A stretch of DNA of 64,000 nt from Phoronis australis. Taxonomy: Eukaryota; Animalia; Phoronida. Below the pieces are notes generated by a model, which did no database searches, was not told the DNA's origin, and worked only from the letters and a program-made list of their open reading frames with translations. The stretch spans positions 77,660-141,659 of the forward strand of contig NMRA01000799.1 in the NCBI GenBank assembly GCA_002633005.1, read 5' to 3'. Below, in pieces: positions 11,801 to 23,200 of this stretch. Numbering within the stretch: position 1 is the stretch's first letter; each line of letters starts with the position of its first letter. The position numbers were made by a program, and so were the translations under genes.

Positions 11801-14800
11801 CCCATGTGGTAACTGCGAATAGCTGGCTTTGGCGTTAGCGATGGCATTTTCTTGAAAGCAAAAATGAAATGAGTACCAAAAATCAAGAAAAACAACACAT
11901 TAGTCTATACAGTGCCTACTTGTCTCCCGTTTTATGAATCGTACCACTTGGTTACACGCACCGTACCCCGGGTATCATACACGTGACCTGTTGTGGTACG
12001 ACACTCGTGACAATGACCTAGCTTCAAACAAAATGGTTGAAAATAATTAAGAAACTGGATAAACCTATAGCTGTTGGTGAACACCTGATCGTGAGCGGCC
12101 ATTCCGTCTCCATGGAGAACGTCAACATTTCTGGCACTCGCGCAAGATTCATGAATCTATAAAGATTCGTACTCAGCACTTCTCGTTAAGTAGAACCATG
12201 GCTTTGGTGTCAACGTGCAGTCAACTATTACTTAGGAACTCAGGCACCACGGGCGCCTCAGTTGCTGACGAAATCCGCTTGTAATCGGCTGAAACGTTCG
12301 AACTTGTCCTCTGGTAAGTGAGTTTGCATATTTTTAACATGACGTCAGGAGACACTGAACAATCGATTTGTTCAGCTGAAGGTTTATCCAGTGACTTGTG
12401 CTCTTTAAGTCTATATTACACATGGCCTCTCCTATGCATGTGTGCGGGGGTCTTGGTCACACGATGTTTTACATAAATAACAAAAGATATTTTGCCTACA
12501 ACAACATATCAAATTTTTGTTTCATATAAATATTCAAGTTTAGACATGAAAACGCTATTAAAAATTTTTCTGAGGCGGCTTAAAAGACTTTTCATGAACA
12601 ATATTAAAGTTTTAGTTTTTGATAGTCCCTGAGGTAAAAGCAAAACAGTTTGAAAACAATTCCTTATGCATATATGAGAGCTGCATATATGAAATTCTCA
12701 TATGAATCTGATCAGCCATTTCAGAGATATGGTGTTTTTCTAGGATCCTACTGTATCCTCAAGACGAAGTAGTCTAAATCAAAATAATTCTGACAGAAGA
12801 CGGCTGTGCTCACAACCTTGACTAACATGAAATTAAATAAAATCCGCATATTGAGAGAACGTGTGTGTGTGTGTCCAATATTACAGTGGGACCTCGTATG
12901 TGGCAAAGAGTGGATAATTGCTTCCATCGGCGCTGGTTTAGGAATAGGGAAGCTTGTCGGTGCCTTTGTGGTGGGAATGTTGAGTGACAGGTAATTATTT
13001 AGATTTATTTGTAGTTTACAGTGAAATGAAAAATAAAAATATAATGACTACTAGTACAAACGCGTGAGAGCAACAGCGTGCTGCGGTAGTCGGTTGCTGT
13101 GCTTTGCTCGCTAGTTGTCAAGATTACGACACCGCATGGCGACCAGAACCACGTACCAACCGATACGAGAACATTACGAATATGATGCTTTGAACAGTTT
13201 TCGTACAGTATACACTTATATAGAAGGCAGCAAATATATGTATTTACCTGGTATAAGGAATTAACGAATTATCAGTTATTTCGAAGCTCTAAAATAAGTG
13301 AGACCGATTTCCTAAAAGCCATTTGTCTAATTAAAAATAAGGAGGATGGGGTTTAAAATAGGAGGATTTTCGCATAATCTGACATAACTTGAACCAAGTG
13401 ACCACCAGATCCGCTCATTGCTCACAATGGCACTCAAGGTGAACCTTTTGCTTTCGTTTACAGTGCAGTTGTATTTTTATATTATATTTTATTACATACT
13501 CAAATTCTCCAGAAATGGAACGGCTTGCAATTGAAATCGTTGAACAGCAAATATAGTCCAGGAACCAAATGCTGATTTTTCTTTGCTGTTTCATGTAACC
13601 TAGGCGTAGTTAACATGATTTAGGGGGGTGACCGTTCGCAACCCTGTGCATTTTTTAAAATGTGCAAAATAAGGCCGTCATTATGCAAAATTCTATTTTT
13701 GCTTATGATTTCCTTATCAAGCACTCCAGGCAGGTTATTTTGATGATTTCACCCATGTTTCCATGGTTAACGAATTTAATAGTGGAAGTTTTTGGGTGGA
13801 TATATCATCAATTTGCGTAATTTATGCAAATTCAGGCCGCCATTATTCAAAATGTTACTTGTTCTAATAGCCATCATCACAGGTGACACATGATATTTGC
13901 ATCTTTGTTTCTATGGTCAATTACTTTAATGAAATCATAAATGTTGCTGTATGATAAATTTGCATAATTAATGCAAATTAAGGTCACCAGTATTCAAAAT
14001 TCTATTTTGCCTAAAACGCCCTTATATTACCGAGCACTTCAGACAGGTTACTTTAATGTTTTCACCTGTGCCTCCATGATCAGTGAATTTAATGGACCTC
14101 GTTTGCTGGCGGATACATCGTGAATTTACATCATATATACAAATTAAGGTGACCATTATTTAAAATTCTACTTTTGCTTATAATTGAGCACCAGGCACCC
14201 CCAAGTAACTATTTTAACGTCTTTACCCAATGTTTGTGAGAAATCAGTTGGTAAGATGTTGCATGATGAATTTTCATAATGTACACAAATAAAGGACACC
14301 AGTATTCCAAACACTGTTTCTGTTCATAATTTCCTTACGGGCAGTAAATGTACATTATTTTCAAATTGATTTCATGTTTTCATGAATTTGTATAATTGAT
14401 AATTTACGCCAATTACAGATGCCATATTCATAATTCTATTCTGCTGCATCAGATCCAGAGGTTAGTTATAAATATTTGCACTCATGCTCCAGTGGTCAAT
14501 GAATTTAGGTTTGCAGATTGTAGCATGATAAATTTGCAGAATCTCCTTTTTGATAATGAAATAAGAAAATAGTTGGTGTAGTGGGTGTCCTGCAGCTAAA
14601 ATTCCAAAAAAGATATTGCCTATTGCCCTGAGCTCCCATAGACAATAGAAAAATCGCAGATTACTCTAATAACTTGGGTGAATGCTGGAATGGGGCTTGG
14701 AGTGATCAGTTTATAGGGACCACATTAGGTACGAATACAGTAGTGAGGGAATAGTAGGGAATTGTCCTCAAAGAAGAGACTCTTAAGCTTTGGCCGCAAG

Positions 14801-17800
14801 TTGCCATTTGTCCTACAAGATTAAAACAGATCTTGGAGAGATGGAGAGCGATCTACACTAGATCTTGTAATAAAAACCTATCACACGGAAGAAAGTAAGG
14901 CACGTCTTGATGCACATGCACGAATCTGTCAAAAGTAGATACCAGCATCGATCTATTGGATCCCGAGGTCCATCCCAAAGACGCAGTAGTGAACATTAGG
15001 AGTGACAGGATTGCTATTCTAACAGTTAATTGAAGCCTACATGAAACAAGCATTGGACAGGAAATGTTATCAAACTTCGAGAAAGGCTGCCAGTATGTTA
15101 GGAACACAAGTACATGTAGGTAATCGCTGATGAAGATCCTTGTCCCTTAATAAGTACTAGGAAATTGTAGAAATCCCATGAACAAGCTAGCTCCATTATT
15201 GTGCAACATAACGTGAAATGTGCATATGAACTTAAAAAATTGTAGGTTGTTTCCGATGACAAAAATGTATTTGTCCTTTGTCTGCATTACTAAGACAAGG
15301 AACAGCTTCAAATACCACAACCATGAAATCACCTAGTAAGCGTAGAACAGTCGTAGTTAGCAGTGGAAACATGTAGCGATACTTTGACGGTCTCCTCCAT
15401 GTCCATGAGCTGTTGGGTTGTAACACAGTGGCATGTTACTATGGAGTTGGAAAGGGATAAACTGTTAAAATATTGAAGGCTGGACATGACATGACATGTC
15501 TTCCATCAGTAATTTTCATGTTCATTTTTCTGATCTCATAAAACAGGCCACTAAATGTATGCGTGCCTGTTATGGAATGAAGAGTATCAGGAAGATGTCA
15601 TGAACCAGACTACTGGTATGGGCAAGAGAAAAGGCAAGAAATATACATCTGCCCCCAAACTGTCAGCGACAACGGAGGCAATCATAGAGCCCATTACCAG
15701 TCAGGCATGTGGTGGAGGGTCACCAGCACTAGATCCAGAGGACTATGGACGGAAGAAAGATGCCATAAACAAATCACTCTCACCATCTATAATTCAGCAT
15801 GGTGTCCAACTCGCTCCTATTGAATACTGGTGATAATTAGGTGTAGCTGCAAAGGTCAGATTCCACAAAATTCATGTCGATACAATCGCAGTGTCAAGTG
15901 TAGAATTAGCATTTGAAACGTCTTGTGACTGGTCTCCATTAGATAGGTTATGATCTGGGGTTTACCCAATTAAACAATTTGGTCATCTACCAAAAATACC
16001 CTGCGTATCAGACAAAACTAGAATATGTAGAGTTGTGTAATAAATAACAGATCATTTACATTGTATGGTGTAATGACAGATTTCATAAAATTCATCAGTA
16101 AAACACCTAAATAATCTACATACAGTGCCCCCCCCCATAAGAAAGTTGCGAGCAGAAATAGAATTTTTAATAATGGCCTTTATTTTCATAAATTATGCTA
16201 CTTTATGGTGCAGCTTGCAAACTGATTTCATTAACTTAATTGACCATTGGAACATAGGTTCAAAGATCATGAGAGTTTACCCGTGGTCCTTGGTACCGCA
16301 GCTATAAGCACAAGTAGAATTTTGAATAATGCCTCCCTTAATTTCCAGTAGATCTGCAAATATGCATCAATTATGCAAATTCATCATGCAACAATATGCA
16401 AACCGATTTCATTAAAGTAATTAACCAAAAGAATATAGGTGCAAAAATCATGGTAGTTCATCTGTGGTGCATGGTTCAGTAGCTATAAGCACAAGAAGAG
16501 TTTTGAATAATGGCGGCCTTAATTTTTACAAATTATGCAAATTAACAATGTATTCACCAAAAAAACTTTCACTATTAAATTCGTTGACCAAGGAAACATG
16601 GGTAAAAGCGTCAAAATTATCTACCTGCCGTTTTGATAAGGAAATTATATGCAAAATACAATTTTGCATAATGGCGACCTTAATTTGCATATTTAAAAAA
16701 ATTCTCAAGGGTTACACACAGTCACCCCTCTAAATCATGTTTACTTAACCCTAAGCTTCATGAAACAGCAATGAAAATACTTTATCCGGCAAAACCAGGC
16801 TCAAGCCCCTTGCTCCCGGACTAATAAGCATTTGTGAAAGAGAAAAATGAGCGACAATCCTGAAGTGCTGAAAAAAGCATACAACTGCGATTGGACAGGC
16901 AGCTAAGTAAAATGAAAAAAATCTGATCAAATTTCCTAGTTTTTTTTTAGTTTTTTAGTTGTTTGGCAGACTTTTTGACGTCCATCAAAGCTGAATGCGA
17001 GAATATCTTAGCACTGGGAAAAGGGCATTTTGTTTTTCGCAGTAAAACAACCCTTAGGCCCACGTGCGTTAAAAGTAAAAGAACCGCTGGCCCATGTGCT
17101 CTTTAAACTCTCTTAAAATGTACATGTAGTGAAAACAGACAATGATGTCAAATGCATATATTGTAGATTTTTTTTATCTATGTAACGAAAGAACAAGGTA
17201 AAAAACGTTGTTTTGCAGATTTGGCCGGAAAAGAATTATGGTGGTCTTCCTATCAATGCAATGTCTGTTTGGTGTACTGAGTGCTGTGTCTGTTGGTCCC
17301 GTCATGTTTGTCATATTCTACTCGTTAATGTCCGGCGCTTCTATGGGCAAATACATATCCGCTTTTGTTCTAGGTAAGTCGGTAAATTTGTCTATTGTAG
17401 AACTCGCTTATTTATTCAGACCTAACGGAACTAAAACATATCAGCTGAATTTGGGAAAACTTGGTTTATCTGTAAGCCCAAATAATTGCTTAAATCACCA
17501 GTAAACGTTTTCTGACTCAAGAAACACGATTTTTACTGTATCCAGTAACTGCACACTGGAAATATGGCCGTTATATACGTCACGCAATCAAATGATATAT
17601 AGGGGAAATTAGATCGAATCCGTATACCACGATAGAAGCCGTATACAAATGTAGAAGCCGTATTTCGCGCTTGCTGAGCAGTCTCCTGGTGGTGCATATT
17701 TGCGAGTGCAAGGTCAAATTTGGTTGAGCTCGTTCATTTGGGTTATCTAAGTAATTAATTCAAGGCATCCTTCCTGAAAATGCAGTTTTACTGGTGTAAA

Positions 17801-18074
17801 AACAAAGAAAATTTGACGCACGGTGATCAGGCGGCTATTTTAGGGCTTCGATGAAATTTCAATCTGGGTCATCAAAAAATCGGTCAAGCTAAAATCAGCT
17901 AAAAATCTAATTCAAATCCAACGAAAACGTTTCGTTATGGATGCATACAATACATGTATATGTACAATGAGAGCTTAAGTTTTTACAGGAAATCGCGACC
18001 TAGTATCGAGTTCTTTTACTGAGACGATCCTCTGCCTAGAGTGACGTCGTTCTGTTGAGTGGTCTATCATATAA

Positions 18075-18149
<75 letters not shown>

Positions 18150-21100
18150 TATATATATATATATACAGAATTTGTAAAATGCACGACACTTTTCATTGTT
18201 CACAGTCTTTATTCCGTTGCGTTCATACTTTCGGAACAAAACTCTACTCTCAACTGAACATACATGTAGATACAGTAACTGACCTAGCGTCGCTACACGA
18301 CTGACATTATTCTTTTGTGTGGTATATCATCTATATAGATAGGATAGACCGATTAATGAACTTGCCCACACAATACCTTATTAAGTATTCAATTTATTTA
18401 AGTCCTTTTTTCGAAGCTCATTTATTTGAGAAAAACTCATTTCAAATGAGAAGGTGTTTTCAACTCTCCCTCGTTGCCGGTCGCAGCGTAAAGCCTTTTT
18501 GCAATACTGTCCTACCTCAAGTTCTGCAAATCAGCAGTTTCCACCATTATATTCCAATGGTGTGGTCAAAACGGAGAATGTCTCTATTACTATGAACAGT
18601 CCACAAGCTAAGACATGAATTTCAAAATAGACCAAGAAAACTAAAAAATTCCTCGAAGCTAAAATCACAAACTGCTGCAGACAACTCGGTTCAGGGAATG
18701 TTTCAATTTTCATATTCCCGGATGGGTTGTTCCAAGTTTCCGACAAAATTTTGATATTATTTATGGTTATAACTTATATATTTCACAACCTAAAAATTTT
18801 AATCAACTTATTATGAAATAAAACTATACTGGTTATTCAACACTTTCCGAGATTTTTTGTCGCTTAACCGATTTGCCGGGCTACCGTACACTGTACTTGG
18901 CATACATATGACGTCAAATAACAACAAGGCGGATCACACGGCAACAAGGTATTGCCACGCGGATGTAAATAATCCAAATATATGGGAAAAATAGGTTATC
19001 CCACACACATAGGAATACTACTGCGATAACCTATCTCGAATTCATTTCATCTGGAAATGTTGCAACGAGACCGAAGGTCGAGTAAGGACATTCCCAGATG
19101 AAATGAATTCTTGATAGCTTATGGCAGTAGTATGTGGGATATCCTTGGCCTATATTTCATGAACTCGGTGATAGTCAGCGCTTGCACAGAAATTCGCTTT
19201 GCCTACATGTATGAGCATTCGCTGAGTTTGATTTGCTTTTATTTCTACTTACGTAAACTCTGAATTAGACAATTTCTTTGAATATATTGTCCGAACAAAC
19301 TTATTAAACCGTGCTTTATGTCAAAAACGTATAGAAAGCCACTTTCTCCTCCACAAAAATCACCCAGGATATAAATCCATCGCACTTGAAAGAAATGGGA
19401 AGACAATAAAGTTGATTTAAGCGCACCTTTTAGTGATCTCCATATTGTGCATCGAATGACTTTGTAGACAGCTTAAAGTCAATGTACAGGTCGACTCCTA
19501 TACATGTAGCACAAGACCGCGAACATATCATGTGAATTTACAGCTGCGCGATCGTTAAGTTCAGACGAAAATCCAGGACAGCACCAGTAATGTCTGAACG
19601 GTACATGTACATTGGTACATTAAATGAGGCTTCTTATCGACGTTTTCCTTTCTTCAAGCGACATAAAATCTGCTTTTTTCGAAAACAAGCTTTGATTGAT
19701 GTCAAAGTTATAAACGTGGTGTAGAATTTCTCGTTCTTACTCTGACGAGGCAGAATATTCCGATGAATCTTCAACTAAATAAAAATTCCTAATGCGTTTC
19801 ACGTGCCGGTTACAGTGTTTCACTAACAATGCGGTTAGCGGTTTTAAAGTCCTTATCTCAAAATGCCAATGTGATTCCTGTATCCAAAAATGAAATCTTA
19901 TTTTCGATACCCTTTCATTATATTCTTTTCGCCTTTCGTGCCAAAAGCGATTTTTAACAGTATTTGACCCTTTTCTGTGAGCGTGTCATTACCGGCTGTC
20001 ATCGGCTATTTCTGTACCCACATTTCCGGCTCGTCAGGAACTTGTCCTGAACACCACCATTTTTTCTTGTAACTTAATGTGCTATCGCTTACTCTTAAAG
20101 TCTTCATTATTTTGTTTTATTAGTAATATCTCGTGATTCGTTTGTATATGCAGTTTATTTATAGTTTCTAGTTACTGGTCGTTGAATTTTTTGGAATGTT
20201 ACGAGTAATTTTGTTAGTTATGTTAAAATAGCATTGGTGTTAAGTTCCTGTTATGTTGGGCGGTCTAACTTAGGAACCAATATGAGTCGAACCAATTTTT
20301 TTTCGTTTAGAATTTTGTTTTCGTTTTGAAAACTACTTTGCTGTCATGGGAAAGGTAGTGCATTATACTCAGTAAACAACGAAACAGTATCAAAATCGGG
20401 GCAAGCAGTGTAAAGTTATTGCATTTGCTGTGGCGAAATTTGGATCACTTTTTGGGGTAGGTACTTCTTGGATCTTTATAACATCATCTAACCATGTAAT
20501 ATGGTTAACAATGTGTGCTTCTTGGACTTTAATTGTAACCTTTTTGGTTGCGATATTGCCTTTTTGGTTAGGTCTCAATATGCTGGGCACGGTGTTCAGA
20601 AGCATGTCAACTCGACAAATGCGATCCCGTAGGGTAAGGCGTAAATCTTTTTAAGCAGACGGTAAAATCGGGATAATTAAACCGTGGCCGTACTATCAAA
20701 CCTTCCTGTAGGCCTGCTCTCCATCTTCACCCTACTGAATTTCAAAGCTCCCCGGGTGCCATGCTGGGGGACTATGACGCTACAAGATGGACTTCTGATT
20801 GGACGGTACCCGATTATGTTTCACGTTTTAGTGAAACCCTGAATGTGGTCTCGTCCAGCATGCGGCGGGGTCGAAATCTTAAGTTTTATTAGCTTCGCGG
20901 TAGAACTGTCACACATTGGTTGACTTGCTTTTAACGTTTCAGGCCTAGAACTTGTTGGCGTGAGATACCGGTCGGTGGCAGGCCTCGGTATATACTTCTC
21001 CTGGAGCGTCGGGTATCTGTTGGTGGGTTTGGTAGCCTATTTCATCAGGGATTGGGCTACTTTGCAACTGTCGCTCAACCTACCGATTATTGCATTCGTC

Positions 21101-23051
21101 GCTCTTTACGCATGGTTTGTAAACAATTAGTGATTTATTTTGAAATGTGAATGGTCATAAAAACGTGACTGCACTGTTGGTAGAATAATGTATAACACAA
21201 CTGGGCCCACACTCCAGTTGCATCACCCGTATTTAAATCATCAGTCTTCTGGTAGCGTATATGTATGTTAAAACTGCATTTCGTGTTGATTAGTTGGCTG
21301 AAATAAACGAATGCCAAATAAGACCATTTACAGTGCACTCCCATAAAGTCGCTTTCACAATACCTCACTCTGAAAGGGTTCAAGTTTCATTCCACTCAAG
21401 TCGCAAGCAATACATGAATTTTCAATTTTAGGGGTGACCAATCCCAATGAACTCCGAAGAGTTTTCTTGAGTATGTTCATGCTCGTAACAGGGACGGAGT
21501 CATGTCACGGCAAGCAGTATTATCACACATTTTCGTTAGAGTATACCGAGTTGATTCAGTACTTGTTTTTAGCCAGTAAAACTGAGCAAAATGGAGCTTT
21601 ATGCCTTGATTTACAGCCACTGCCCTTCTTGGACAACGATAGGATGAACAGCGTCTTACTGCAAGACCTACTTCTACGCCACCAGATTGAGCTTTTCATA
21701 TTTCGAGTCTAATTTTGATCATTTATCAAATTTAAGTGCAGGGAGTTAATATTCACATTTACAAAATTTTTTAACAATGGTTCACGTTAAATTCGTTGAT
21801 TATCTACCTGGAGTTGGTGACTTTGATTTCATTGGCCATATTACTGTCGTTTGGTTCGCTGAAATCGTCCGAAAACGGCGTAAGTGTAGAGCATATTTTC
21901 CATTTGATCAGTGATTATTACACGATGACCGTAAGTACAGAATAGCACAGGAAACGTGCTGCTAAAATGGTAATTGGAGACACTTGTTCAAGTAAAAGTG
22001 ATCTTGTGTCAGGTTGACGCCCGAATCGCCAAGATGGTTGCTTCAACGTCACCGTGTTGAAGACGCAATCGTCGTACTGAAAAGAATTGCCCGGATGAAC
22101 GGTGTTGAATGGGACGCGGAGATGGATCAAATGGTGGACACGTGCACGCAAGAACAAAAACAAGTTGTGAGCTTAAACAAAACTGTTTTCGTTCAGAAAT
22201 TGAAAATTAGAACAATTGCATTTTGACATTTCAACCTTACGTAAATATGTTATTACTATTGCAATTGGTTAACTGTTATGAAGCGTGAGAACTGTGAAAT
22301 AAAGACGGAGCTTGATTTACCAAGTTGCTTTGTGTATTACATGTATGTTCATCAATTGTTTTGACCATAACGAGACATGAACTAAGGCTATTACATGTAG
22401 CAATTACGCAAAAGGCTGGTAACTGTTTAAACGTTTTAGTCGGTTCAGTTTGTGTGAATATTAACTGCAGTGAAGAGGTTAAAACACAAAAGGCGTAGAT
22501 CTTACCATTACTTTTGTTCTTCACATAATGAAATGAGAATATTCAGCTCTTCATAAAAAATTCTAAAGTATGCCTGAACTTCCGGTTAAGTTCCGAAAAC
22601 TAGTTATAAACATTGTTGATAACTTCTGCACGCAGATACTGTACACGTACTGTTTTCAACTTTGAAAAGCAAATTAGTAAATTTACTCGACTTCGTTCCT
22701 ATATTTACACGAAAGCCGGCCGTATAAATTAATGATTTGTGATAATCATGTTCAAATTTTAGCTTTTGTGCAATTTTCTCATTTTTTCAGTTAAGAGTAT
22801 GTTTTAACCTATACGTTTGGCATCATTATCTCTGTCTGTCGCTGATCTAATGTTGTTTCAGAGCAATCGTCCTACCACCCTACTTATTTCTTTAGTGAAG
22901 TCAAGAACGATGATTCTCTTCACAATCGTCAACGCGATGCTGTGGTATGTACTTGTTTCTGATTCTTATTATTTTTGACCTTTCAAGCACCTTAGTAAGT
23001 CTATTTTTACGGATTATCGAATAAAATATGACACATATACCCAACGAGCCC

Positions 23052-23089
<38 letters not shown>

Positions 23090-23164
23090 GTTTGACACTT
23101 ACCTTTATTGTATTTGATGATTTGATTGTAACAAGGGCCGGAGGCCTAGTTATTGAATAAATAA

Positions 23165-23200
<36 letters not shown>

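Larger units (their letters stand above)
17559..19158. mobile_element. Unclassified 1.6-kb insertion in gene 1 intron 3
   Basis: Absent from gene 2 (~37140). Ends GAAATATGGCC / GGCCTATATTTC form a short inverted repeat. Contains a microsatellite and a subterminal hairpin. Confidence 0.55.

Noticed and set aside
17975-18304. ORFs with ICIC, YMYM or YTYT runs
   Set aside because: Translations of the (TACATA)n microsatellite.
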